Positions 13,469 to 25,457 are shown, counted from the stretch's first letter. The stretch is 64,000 nt of DNA from Eledone cirrhosa (GCA_964016885.1 OZ024743.1:85126001-85190000); one strand, 5' to 3'. Made by a program: numbers and translations. The notes: generated from the sequence alone by a model not told the origin.

Positions 13469-13744
13469 GTGTGTATATACATACATACATGTATATGTTT
13501 ATATATACATATAATGAAGTCATTACTGAGTAGTATATCCAACCATTTATTTGGAATGGTTGGATATACTACTTGAAACACTAAAATAAACCACAACAGC
13601 ATAAAAGTATTCTTACCACAACTTCGCCTTGTTTCAACTTCTAATTATATTAATAACAAAAATCAGACAATCTCTTAAAAATTGTACAGGTCAGAGTTTT
13701 GTATATTAACTGCAATCACATGTAAATAATTGAAATCATGTTTG

Positions 13745-13802
<58 letters not shown>

Positions 13803-13807
<5 letters not shown>

Positions 13808-14022
13808 GTCGATCGACTTGCGTCAAATCGGACCGAGGAAACAATGTTTCCATTGGCCTTTCCAATTGCTAATACTATCTATCGGTCGCAACTCCAGGTA
13901 GAAGGAGCAACGTGAAATAAAGTGTCTTGCTCAAGGACATAACGCATCGCCCGGTTCGGGAATCGAACTGACAACCTCCCGATTGTGAATCCAGTTCTCT
14001 AACCACTCAGCCACGCGCCTCC
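13803..14022 (-). mobile_element. tRNA-derived CORE-type SINE
   Basis: Minus strand starts GGAGGCGCGTGGCTGAGTGGTTAGA (box A), then GTTCGATTCC (box B), then GTCCTTGAGCAAGACACTT. Confidence 0.75.
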
Positions 14023-14034
14023 ACTACACACACA

Positions 14035-14114
<80 letters not shown>

Positions 14115-14130
14115 CACACACATACGCACA

Positions 14131-16195
14131 CAGTAGTACCTTGACTTACATGTGTCCCAACTAAAGAGTTTTTCGATATACGAGCCGTCTCTCAGCTGAT
14201 ATTTTGCTTTGAGTTGCGAGCTAAAATTCGGGTTACGCACCAGCTTCAGATACCCCACCGATAGTTGGCCTAGCGAACGCCACAGTGAACGCCATAATAT
14301 CCGTCCAGCATCCCATGGGTCCAAAGAAAGTGAGTGCGAAGGACAGTGCTGAGAAGAAGAAGAAGAAGCGGATGAAATGAATTAAAGAAAGAAATTATCG
14401 AAAAATATGACCAAGGTGTGCGTGTAGTCGACTTGGCGAAGCTGTACGAACGTTGCACTTCTACGATCTGCACCATACTGAAGCAGAAGCAGTCGATAAA
14501 GACTTTAACGCCAGCCAAGGACGTTAAAATAATTTCTAAACAACGGACATCTATCCATGAAAATATAGAAAAGCTGTGGTTGACGGAGAAGCAGCTCGCA
14601 GGAGATACCTTAATCGAAACTATAATCTGCGAGAAAGCACGAGCTATTTACGCTGGTTTGCTGCAGCAGACCCCAGACACTTCGACGAATGAGGTATTGG
14701 GCAAACCGTTTAAAGCCAGTCGGGGCTGGTTGGAGAATTTTAAAAAGAGGACAGGCATTCACTCCATTGTCAGGCGTGTGGAGGCTGTGAGCGTGGATAT
14801 GAAGGCAGCTGAGGATTACTTCAAAACTTTGGCTGGAATTATAGCAGCCGAAGGATGTTTCACCCAGCAAATCTTTAACTGTGACGAGACAGGACTTTTA
14901 TGGAAGAAGAAATCAAGGAGGACTTATATAACGGCAGAGAAGAAGAGGGTGCCAGGCCATAAACCCATGAAGGATAGATTAACCCTCGCTCTGTGGGCCA
15001 ATGCGAGCAGCGACTGCAAGATTAAGTCGCTGCTCGTTTATCATTCGGAAATGATGTTAAGAAATATCTGCAGGAAAATAACCTACCCCCGCAAGCCCTT
15101 CTCGACCTGGCAATGCACCCGTTCACCCAACTAACCTCGAAGATAACATCCTCGAAGAGTTCAAGTTTATAAAGGTTCTTTACCTTCCATCCAACACCAC
15201 CCCTATCCAGCAGCCCACGGACCAGCAGGTGATTTCTAATTTCAAGAAGCTCTTCACCAAGCACCTGTTCCGCCGCTGCTTTGAGGTGACGGAAAGCACA
15301 AACCTCACCCTTCGTGAGTTCTGGAAGGACCACTATAACATCGTGATATGGCTCGCAATTATCGATATGGGCTGACAGGGTACTACAAAGAGGACCTTGA
15401 CCTCTGCGTGGAAGAAGCTGTGGCCTGAGATTGTGTGTGAAACGGACTTTGAAAGACTCGAACCCGAAGCAACGGTGGTGGAGGAGATCGTATCCATCGG
15501 CATGGCTATGGGCCTGGACATGGATGAAAGTTACATCAACGAGCTCATCGGGGAGCACTCCGAGGAACTGACAACGGAGGTGCTAAAGGAGCTACAGACG
15601 CAGCAGCACACGGAGGTTTCGCAGGAAATAGGTGATGTGGAAGAGGCGGAGAAGGTTATCTCTACAAGTGAGATAAAGGAAATATTGGGAATGTGGGAGA
15701 AACTTTCAGACTTTATTCAAAAGAAACACCCAGAAAAAGTTGCAACTGGGCGTGCAACAGCGCTATTTAATGACACTTGCCTAACTCATTTCATTCTGAA
15801 GGGGTGGATGAAACAAACTTCATTGGACAGGTTTTTATCAAACACTCCTGCAGATAAATGTGAAGAAAGCGTGGCGAAACTGGCAAAACTCAGCGAATAA
15901 GATTCAGTTATTCAGTTCAGCCTTTCTCCTCCACTTCCATCAGCACCCCCAAGTCGTCTGATCTCCAAGATAAATGCTGTACATTATACTTAATAAAACC
16001 AGTTTATTGCCGTACATTCTATGGTATCATTTTTTATACAATATTCGTTATTTATAAGTACATTTTTCTTATTTAAAACACGTAACAAAAAAAAAAAAAA
16101 AAAAAATGCCGGGGGGGGGGGGGGGTGTAGGGGGGGGGGGGGGGGGGGGGGGGTAATGGCATTTCAATTCATTTCAATGGCGAAAATCGATTTGG
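14131..16195 (+). mobile_element. pogo/Tigger DNA transposon, decayed, right TIR not seen
   Basis: TIR CAGTAGTACCTTGACTTAC; CENP-B HTH (FKASRGWLENFKKR) and DDE motifs FNCDETG and QPTDQ across ORFs 14418-15134 and 15397-15900; internal deletion relative to the second copy. Confidence 0.92.
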
Positions 16196-16374
16196 CATCA
16201 TTATATATATATATATAAGGTAAAAAACAAGTAAGCTAATCAGGAAGAGAGAAAGGTGATTAGTTATGCAGATTAGTTATGGTGATTAGTTATGCCAGTA
16301 TAGAGAAGGATAGTGTGCTCAATGCATATAGGTTGCTAGAGTAGTGAGCCATGTAATTAGATGGTATAATAATT

Positions 16375-16665
16375 CAATATTATCCTCAGAGCCTAACAAA
16401 ATTCTTTATAACATTAATTCATAAATTAAATCATATCACCGAAGTGAGAAACTTACTTTAAATGTGGAATGTTAATATTAAAAGGATGGAAGTGAAAAAA
16501 CGAATTTCAAACCAGCACAAAATGGCTGCTATAACGTTTTTTCACTTCCATCCTTTTAATATCAACATTCCACATTTATAGTAGGTTTTTTCACTTCGGT
16601 GATATGATTTAATTTATGATTTAATATGTTATAAAAATAAATTTTAGGCTCTGAGGATAATATTG
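16375..16665. repeat. Inverted repeat (~128-bp arms, 32-bp spacer), pseudo-LTR-like
   Basis: 16375-16502 versus 16535-16665. Confidence 0.8.
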
Positions 16666-16822
16666 ACACACTTATTTATTTTAAATGGACTAATATCGAT
16701 TTATATTCGATAGCCCAACATCTATGTCCATCCCTACTGTGTAATATTTGAAACAACTTGTCAGCCATTAAATACATACATGTATTCATAAATCTTTGTT
16801 ATTCTCTCCAGCACTTTAAATA

Positions 16823-16899
<77 letters not shown>

Positions 16900-17829
16900 C
16901 ATACACACACAAAGTGTTAAAACGATCAAATTTTAGTTTAGAACATTTATTTGCTGACAATTGTTTCTTCCAGGGGGAAGTCTGGAATCATCGGAGCATA
17001 GGGAATGTCGAAACATGTTACTAAAATCCTAGTCATTTAGAAGATTTATGGTACATAATTGTTGTTAGTGTCATAGGTATCATGTGGAGAGTCAGGAGTT
17101 AAAAAGATGTTCTGCTTGAGAGAACACAATTACAGGCAGCACTGATTGAAAGTGTAGGAGGTATAAGTGAAAAGCACAAGCAAAAAAAAAAAAAAGGACA
17201 AGCAGAAAGATACAGGCAAATAAAGTTATAAGCACGGAAAATTGGTGTACAATGCAGGAGTCAATACAGTCAATAATGCATGTATGAGGAAAGAGTTATA
17301 ATGCAGTTGAAATAAACATATTTTGTGTGGGGTGTTAAAGCATGTTATAAATGTTTAAGATAGTGTGCAATTTGTTAGAGAGGCATGTGGTGATAATGTA
17401 GGTATTTGTTATGTAAGGTCTAATGCAAAGCACATGATAGAGTTGGATATGTGATTTTCATTTAAGTGTTTGTGTGCTATAGTTCGTATGTATGTGTATA
17501 TATTGTTTGTAACTCACAGCTATTAACCATGGGATTATTTTGAGTCGTTTATAGTCAATAGGTGTTTGTTTGTTAAATGTAAATTACTGGCCATGTTGTT
17601 ATTGTAGGCATTTTATCTTATGCATTTTTTTATCTACAAATTATCCTTTCTAGGGTTTGTATTAACCGTTATTAAGCTGTTGGTAAACCGTTAGGCTACT
17701 TAACTTTATGAGTTTACACAGGAAGTATAAAGCAATGAAATACCAATGAAAGTTGGAAAATCACTGATGAAGGACTAATTTTATTCATATGTAACCCATG
17801 TGCAACCACGCACCACTTAATTTTTCTCA

Positions 17830-17886
<57 letters not shown>

Positions 17887-17903
17887 TATTTAAAGTGCTG
17901 GAG

Positions 17904-17954
17904 GGCTTCCTGATGATTTCTCCCAAATGAAACAGTTCTAGTCCCGTAGAAGCC
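17904..17954 (+). ncRNA. Type I HHR in a ~85-bp island between two (TA)n tracts
   Basis: GGCTTC-CTGATGA-TTT ctccc AAAT-GAAAC-agttctagtccc-GTA-GAAGCC; related copy at 34047-34091 on -. Confidence 0.75.
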
Positions 17955-17959
17955 TTTTG

Positions 17960-18006
<47 letters not shown>

Positions 18007-18055
18007 TTGTTATATTTGGGGAGGACCATATTGTTATAATATTCCCAGAAATAAT

Positions 18056-18242
18056 AATTGTTTCTACTTTAGGCACAAGGCCAGCAATTACCCAGTGCAT
18101 TACTGGTACTTTATTTTATCGACCCCGTAAGGATGAGAGGCAAAGTCAACCTCGGCGGGATTTGAACTCAGATCGTAAAGGGACGTAACTATGCTGGAAA
18201 GCATGGCATCCGACCCTCTACCGATACTGCCAATCCACCGCC
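18056..18242 (-). mobile_element. tRNA-derived Nin/Deu-domain SINE with target-site duplication
   Basis: GGCGGTGGATTGGCAG..GAGTTCAAATCC..GCCTCTCATCCTTACGGGGTCGATAAAATAAAGTACCAG; CAGAAATAATAAT on both sides. Confidence 0.85.
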
Positions 18243-18473
18243 AGAAATAATAATAAAACTCACTCACTGTTTGGTTTAGATTGGTTTTTTGCTTCTGTAT
18301 ATTTTATATTTTTAAAGTTTGTTTTGGCTATAAAAGTTGCTTCTTTTCTTTAAAGTTTGTTTTGTGCTTTAAAAGTTGCTTCTTTTCTTTAAAGTTTGTT
18401 CACATTCTGGAGAAAAATGGCCGTTTAGAAGGAATCATGTGATGTATCATGTGATTTTGTTTTTATTTCTTTG

Positions 18474-18677
18474 GCTGGTTGGGCGGTTGATGTGTGACTA
18501 GCTGGCAGGTTGGGTGGTTGGTGAGTGACTAGCTGGCAGGTTGGGTGGTTGGTGAGTGACTAGCTGGCAGGTTGGGTGGTTGGTGAGTGACTAGCTGGCA
18601 AGTTGGGTGGTTGGTGAGTGACTAGCTGGCAGGTTGGGTGGTTGGTGAGTGACTAGCTGGCAGGTTGGGCTGTTGGT
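18474..18677. repeat. 31-bp minisatellite (GACTAGCTGGCAGGTTGGGTGGTTGGTGAGT), ~6.5 copies
   Basis: Directly visible. Confidence 0.9.
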
Positions 18678-18845
18678 GTAATGACAGCTGGCTGACTGGC
18701 TAGAGGGTTAAATAGACTGGTGAAATAGTTCTCAAGGGGAAGTAACTCGATCAAATGTTTTTTTTTAGGAGTCATTCCCGAAAATAAGTGTAAAATTACA
18801 CATGTACACCAGGTCCCAACACAAAGGAACCAAACTCTCATTGTC

Positions 18846-20347
18846 ATCCAGGCCCATGGACATGCTGAGGGATAGAATCTCCTCCACCACTGTTGCTTCG
18901 GGTTCGAGTCTTTCAAAGTCCGTTTCAGACACAATCTCAGGCCACAGCTTCTTCCACGCAGAGGTCAAAGTCCTCTTTGTAACACCCTACCAGCCCATAT
19001 CGATAATTGTGAAGCATATCACGATGTTATAGTGGTCCTTCCAGAACTCTCGAAGGGTGAGGTTTGTGCTTTCCGTCACCTCAAAGCAGCGGCGGAACAG
19101 GTGCTTGGTGAAGAGCTTCTTGAAATTAGAAATCACCTGCTGGTCCGTGGGCTGCTGGATAGGGGTGGTGTTGGGTGGAAGGTAGAGAACCTTTATAAAC
19201 TTGAACTCTTCGAGGATGTTATCTTCGAGGTTATGTGGGTGAACGGCTGCATTGTCTAGGTCGAGAAGGGCTTGCGGGGGTAGGTTATTTTCCTGCAGAT
19301 ATATCTTAACATCAGGACCAAAGACCAAATTCACCCAATCCACAAAGAATTGCCTGCTGACCCACGCTCTCGGGTTTGCCCTCCACATAACCTGCAGTTT
19401 ATTCTTTCAGAATCTTGTGTGACTTAAAGGCTCTGGGGTTTTCCGAATGATAAACGAGCAGCGACTTAATCTTGCAGTAGCCGCTCGCATTGGCACACAG
19501 AGCGAGCGTTAGCCTATCCTTCATGGGTTTGTGGCCTGGCATCCTCTTCTCCTCTGACGTTATATAAGTCCTCCTTGGCATCTTCCATAAAAGTCCTGTC
19601 TCGTCACAGTTAAAGATTTGCTGGGTGAAACATCCTTCGGCTGCTATAATTCCAGCCAAAGTTTTGAAGTAATCCTCAGCTGCCTTCACATCCGCGCTCG
19701 CAGTCTCACCATGCCTGACAACGGAGTGAATGCCGCTCCTCTTTTTAAAATTCTCCAGCCAGCCCCGACTGGCTTTAAACGGTTTGCCCGATCCCTCATC
19801 CGTCGTAGTGTCTGGGGTCTGCTGCAGCAAACCAGCGTAAATAGCTCGTGCTTTCTCGCAGATTATAGTTTCGGTTACGGTATCTCCTGCGAGCTGCTTC
19901 TCCGTCAACCACAGCTTTTCTATATTTTCATGGATAGATGTCCGTTGTTTAGAAATTATTTTAACGTCCTTGGCTGGCGTTAAAGTCTTTATCGACTGCT
20001 TCTGCTTCAGTATGGTGCAGATCGTAGAAGTGCAACGTTCGTACAGCTTCGCCAAGTCGACTACACGCACACCTTGGTCATATTTTTCGATAATTTCTTT
20101 CTTTAATTCATTTCATCCGCTTCTTCTTCTTCTTCTCAGCACTGTCCTTCGCACTCACTTTCTTCGGACCCATGGGATGCTGAGCGGATATTATGGCGTT
20201 CACTGTGGTGGTCGCTAGGCCAATTAGCGGTGGAGTATCTGAAGCTGGTGCGTAACCCGAATTTTAGCTCGCAACTCAAAGCAAAAAATCGGCTGAGAGA
20301 CTTGAAAAACACTTTAGTTGGGACACTCGTAAGTCAAAGTACCACTG
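18846..20347 (-). mobile_element. Second pogo/Tigger copy, 3'-truncated
   Basis: TIR ends GTAAGTCAAAGTACCACTG followed by TA; ORFs 19399-20070 and 18987-19388 with DETG, LDNA, PTDQ. Confidence 0.92.
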
Positions 20348-20495
20348 TATATATACATATCTGTGTGTGTGTGTGTGTGGTAATAATACATACAAAGACT
20401 AAAATCCGAAGAGAGCGCGATAAGGATTGTATATATATTATATATAAAACATATATAAACTCGTAGAGCAAATATTTATTATTAGTACAGATTAA

Positions 20496-20622
20496 GGTTT
20501 AAGCAGAGAATTTCTGCTTTCACCCTCCACGGGATCTTCCGAAACTAAGAAAAACCAATCTATAGACGCACAGTTTCAGAAGACCCCATGAAGGGTGAAA
20601 GCAAAAATTCTTTGCTTAAACT
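20496..20622. ncRNA. Head-to-head pair of variant HHRs
   Basis: + copy 20572-20622: AGTTT-CAGAAGA-CCCCatgaaGGGT-GAAA-GCAAA aattc TTTGC-TT-AAACT; - copy 20496-20546 has CGGAAGA and GCAGA/TCTGC. Confidence 0.65.
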
Positions 20623-20691
20623 TATATATATATATATATATATATAGTGACGAAACATAAGTCAATTGCATGAACTCATAATCCTTTATTT

Positions 20692-20747
20692 ACTGCTATA
20701 TATATTTCGATGATAGCCATTGAATGGCTATGACCTCATCAGGCAGT
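20692..20747 (-). ncRNA. Canonical type I HHR at the 3' end of a degraded PLE
   Basis: ACTGC-CTGATGA-GGTCATAGCCAT tca ATGGCTATCATC-GAAA-TATATA-TA-GCAGT; upstream on - lie TATAAA, CCAAT and a PDGLN-encoding remnant near 20931-20946. Confidence 0.85.
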
Positions 20748-21053
20748 TAGTCAGTTCTTAGATATGCCAGCTCTGTGTTTATAGTGTTGATGGTATCAGA
20801 GCCTTGGGACATATGAGCTTGTTAGGAATAATTTAATGTTGTCAGCAGGAATAGTCTTAATTCTCATTGGTCAGTTTGTAGATGGTAGTAGGGTTGGTAT
20901 TTGACCTCAAAGAGGCAGGTGGTGTTGTAAGGTTCAAACCGTCAGGCAAGATGACAATAGTTCCATATGACTGATTTTCACAAAAAACATTCCTGGTCAG
21001 ATATATATTCAATTGAGGTTGATAGTATAAAATAGATACTACAGGTCATTCTT

Positions 21054-21366
21054 AAATTGAGGAATTTATGTGGAGTGGTACTACTGAAAATTATGGTTAG
21101 AGTAGAATACTAGAAAATTTACATATAAAAAGACTTATGTAGGTTGACTTGCACATACTCGCACCCACCTCCACAGACACACACACACATCCACACATAC
21201 AAATTGAGGAATTAATGTGGGGTGGTAATACTGAAAATAATGGTTAGAGTCAAATACTTAGAAAGTTTAGAAATTTTAGAAATAAAAAGACTTACGTTGG
21301 TTGACTTGTACATACACTCACATCTACCCCTTCAGACACACACATATACACACACAAATCCATACA
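21054..21366. repeat. Diverged tandem duplication of a ~150-bp unit
   Basis: AAATTGAGGAATT..ACTGAAAA..ATGGTTAGAGT..AAAAGACTTA..GTTGACTTG occurs at 21054 and 21201. Confidence 0.75.
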
Positions 21367-22043
21367 GGTGTGTATATATATATATATATATGTACGCACA
21401 AGTGCATATATATATACAACAGAGGCCCCCAAATCCATGTATAAGGCAGACATAAAACTAGTTGGGTGTTATTTTTAAAGAAAAGTAAAGTGGGTGTTTG
21501 GAAAAGTTATTGTTTAGACTAGACAAAAGTAGAGTGTGATATATATCTTCACAGCAATAGCTTGGGGGCCTTGGAGCTTAGGCGAATACCTTAGTACAGA
21601 CATATATACCCACCCACACTTTTATACCTCTGGATGCGCGTGTATGTCTATATACACATGTGCATTCATACAAGAGAGTATATACAAATATACTCTTTTT
21701 CAAATCCAACCTGGGGTATTAGTATTTCGTTGGGTTCACATGAGTGTGTACATTCACACAGTCCCCGTATACACACACAGTGCACGGTTGCGGGCACTCA
21801 TTCATGCGTATAGGGTTAGTACCTTGGGATAATTGTTCATCCTGTGTGGGCCACTCCGGGGAGGGGGGTGTCCACAGGTTCAATAAACGTGGTTTTGTTG
21901 ACTCCTAACCAGTAGAGGATCTGGTGGACCATCCACCATAGGGACCACAAACTATGGGTGGTTGTTGTCGTCCATTGGTCATTGGTACGGGGTGTAGGGG
22001 ACCTACAAGGGGCGGGGGCGTTGTGGGAGGCCTTAACCAGGGT

Positions 22044-23186
22044 TTATCCATATAGCTTGAGGAAAGTTCCCGTCCTTAGGTGTCTGCAGGCGCCGAATAA
22101 GTCGGCCCTTCTGTTTAATAGCTTGGTTCCGCCATGAAGTATCTCGAGTGTCTCACTAAGACAGAGGTTGCAAATACCAGACCCACCTCTGTCTGGGGGA
22201 ATCTTTCTAACCACGGACCAGACCAGAGAGTGATGGGTCTCTGCAACTGCATGACTTCTTAAGCCCCAGCACATGTACCGCGTGTTTACCATCACTCGGG
22301 GTTGGCTGGGTAGCTGCCGCAATCAGTACAGGGTCGTTGGGTTCTGGTGTGCTAGTTGGGCCTGTCCGTGGTCTGCTGCGTCCCGCGTGCTGGTTCCGTT
22401 GGGTGGCTCCGGGGTTTACGGTGGTATTAGAGGCAGTGAGCCTATTCCTATTTATGCCGGCTACGGAGCGTGTGGTTGAGTAGGAAAGTTTCACCGTGTG
22501 CCTGTTGAATATTTTATGGTACTTGTGGGCTCTAGGGAAACATTTATCCAGTACTCTAAAGAATGTTCTAGCCAGGCTGGTACCTAGACCCACCGAGTAC
22601 GGAGGGTTATACCATGTGACCTTCCTGGTCCTATTCTTGAGGGGTTGTTGGGTGTCCGCCGTGGTCCATCGCGGGGTTGTGCACAGCTCAGGTCGAGCTC
22701 AGTTGGTGTCACTCAGGTGTGCGGAGCGGTCACCATCATGAGGGTTATATGGGCCCACCGTGGGGCTACAAACCTGCGCGGTGCGGCCTCCCTGCTCAAT
22801 TAGGATTCGGCGCGTGGTGGGGCCAGTGCAGGGGTGCCTATGCTCCGCAGCACAGTGGTCTTCAGCGTTGTAGGTATTAGACCGGTGGGGTATGCGGGAC
22901 CTTCTACCGGGGGTGGTGACTGATAGGGGTCTGGGAGTGTTACTACTGGTCATCGAGGTATTAGGTGGGCGACTCATATCCCCTGAGGGTATTGGTCCGG
23001 GGTACCCTTGGGTCATCTCGATCATGTCCCTTAGGGTTGGAGCTGATCCTATGGCTGTGGGACGCCTTAGCTAGTGGTGAGTTATAATAATCAGCATTAC
23101 TATTGAAGATCTCTTTATTGGCATACAAGTTAGAGATCCTGTCAGAGACACTCTTAACTACGGCCTTAACTATAGACCTAGGGTGA
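22044..23186 (-). mobile_element. PLE fragment (WxNPPYS / CxLC / CRH subtype), RT thumb to C-terminus, GIY-YIG core deleted
   Basis: HPRSIVKAVVKSVSDRISNL..EIFN; RKVTWYNPPYS..KIFNRHTVKLSYS; CSCR; WSVVRK..CNLCLSE..LLNRR..CRH. Confidence 0.8.
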
Positions 23187-23200
23187 TATATATATATATA

Positions 23201-24119
23201 ATAGATTTACCCGCGTTGCTAGGGGTTTGAAATTATACTAAGAATATACGGCTAGGAAGTAAAAGAAGAACATTATTTGTCCCCATGACCCCAACCTGTC
23301 AAAATAAGCAGAAGTCTTCAATAATTAATGCAAACGAATATTTAGTACAATCTTTTTACACATAAAACTATGCTGATAATGAAGGAAAACACTGAACAGG
23401 ATGTAGTTACACAAATGATTAAAGACAATACACGTTGCAAATCTGTAAAAAAACAGGCAGTTTTGAGTTTTGCTAAAGTACAAAGAAAATCTATTCTTTG
23501 AGAGCATCCTTTGCTGTGTATGGTTAAATTTTGAACTTATAATCCAAAATATCCTGCATGACATATTCATTGGTATGTTTTGTAATGAGTAAGGTGAAGT
23601 CAAGGCAGAACTGTAATAAGTTTTTTGTTAACACTAAAGCACTTCAGGATAGACGATATTCTTTGTTTTTCTTTTCGGAACAAACGCAAAGAGATTATCT
23701 CGACTGCCAACTCGTGAGCAGGCAACGTAGAATTGTCCGTGCGAAAAGCAAGGTTCATCGAGGTGAATTCTAGTGACGGACAGAGTTTGACCTTGCGACT
23801 TGTTTATGGACATCGCAAAGGCAACACGAAGGGGAAAATAAGGATTGTCAATAAAGTTAGTTATCTCCCTTTTTTTATAAGGATTGTCAATAAAGTTGGT
23901 TATCTCCCTTACATCAATTTTGCTACCGATAATTTTGATATCGATTTTTTTATTGCTCAACGTGGGTCGATTGAAAAAATGTTTGTGATGTGACCATCTT
24001 AGCGACCTGTGCAACGTGCACAGAAAATTTGGTCAAATTCGGTTGGTAATTCTAAAAGCCTTAGGTATCCAAAGTTGTACACAGACACACACACATCCTC
24101 GCTTTTATATATATAAAGA
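23201..24119 (-). mobile_element. Non-autonomous Helitron carrying the Pif1 helicase C-terminus
   Basis: Begins A|TCTTTATATATATAAAA; ORF 23634-24014 has FAMSINKSQGQT, FSHGQFYVACSRV, TKNIVYPEVL; ends with a GC hairpin remnant and CTAT|T (degenerate CTAG). Confidence 0.85.
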
Positions 24120-24284
24120 TATATATATATAACGAAGAAAATGTGGTAAGGAACCAGGTGGACCATAACGCACCAAAGTACTCAATACTTAGGGTAGTAG
24201 AGTGGGTAATAGGAATTAGCCGTCGAAACGGCTTGATCTCAGCCGTCGGGGTCCTACTCGTTCCTATATATATATATATATATA

Positions 24285-25228
24285 TGAGAGACGTAAAATA
24301 AGAAAATTATAAAATTAACTTACTTACTAAAATATCACTTCCAACTAATTAGTTTCTGGAATGGAATAAATATATTTTCCGAAGAAAACATGGAGAATCA
24401 TTCCGTCGTCAGGGAAGACTATTCTCATCTAAGTATCCAGGCAAAGCGTGGACTCTGGAAACTTATTAAAAAATAATTCAGTGGATAGAAAATAGCAAAG
24501 CGTGGACTGAATTCCTAGCCATTGAGAAAATCACTGCCTCTGCGTCGGTGGCAAATTCAAAAAGAATCAATCACGTGACATCGAGGTCAATCGGTGGAAA
24601 GTGATTTGCTAATAAGACAGCGGCCTGCCTGCTACCATAGCAGCAGTCATGGCCAATATTGCTCGACAAATAATTTGGAGTTAATTATAAAGAATTAATA
24701 TCTAGTAACATATATATACATACAGATGCATATCAATGCTAGCAAATATATAGGTTTTGTCTTAGTAACTTTGTGGTTCAATGCATGGGGTTGCAAACCA
24801 CTTTCCACTGATTGACCTCGATGTCACGTGATTGATTCTTTTTGAATTTGCCACCGACGCAGAGGCAGTGATTTTCTCAATGGCTAGGAATTCAGTCCAC
24901 GCTTTGCTATTTTCTATCCACTGAATTATTTTTTAATAAGTTTCCAGAGTCCACGCTTTGCCTGGATACTTAGATGAGAATAGTCTTCCCTGACGACGGA
25001 ATGATTCTCCATGTTTTCTTCGGAAAATATATTTATTCCATTCCAGAAACTAATTAGTTGGAAGTGATATTTTAGTAAGTAAGTTAATTTTATAATTTTC
25101 TTATTTTACGTCTCTCATATTGTTCTGCAACCCCATGCATTGAACCACAAAGTTACTAAGACAAAACCTATATATTTGCTAGCATTGATATGTATCTGTA
25201 TGTATATATATGTTACTAGATATTAATT

Positions 25229-25232
<4 letters not shown>
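24285..25232. mobile_element. Non-coding, circularly permuted ~515-bp HHR-bearing unit present as two divergent copies
   Basis: 24285-24609 is the reverse complement of 24793-25119; 24687-24795 is the reverse complement of 25126-25232; (TA)n on both flanks. Confidence 0.85.
24985..25064 (+). ncRNA. Type I HHR (identical inverted copy at 24338-24417 on -)
   Basis: CTTCC-CTGACGA-C-GGAATG..CATTCC-A-GAAAC-TAATTA-GTT-GGAAG. Confidence 0.8.
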
Positions 25233-25323
<91 letters not shown>

Positions 25324-25398
25324 ATATTCAAAATATATATATATATATATATTCAAAATATTAATAAATGAAAAATATTCTCATAACCAAAATATATA

Positions 25399-25457
25399 TT
25401 TTATTATACATATTTCAAAGGTACAATGGTGTTTCAGTACGTTTTCATCAGATAAAA
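25399..25457 (-). ncRNA. Type I HHR, same family as 9226-9287
   Basis: TTTTAT-CTGATGA-AAACGTAC..GTACCTTT-GAAA-TATGTA-TA-ATAAAA. Confidence 0.65.

Noticed and set aside
16647-16720. HHR at GGCT-CTGAGGA, and similar CTGA motifs near 8049, 17764 and 31846
   Set aside because: No GAAA with compatible stems I and III could be assembled
18474-18677. 31-bp repeats (and 62530-62925) as CRISPR-like arrays
   Set aside because: No unique spacers of regular length, no cas genes, eukaryotic context; ordinary minisatellites
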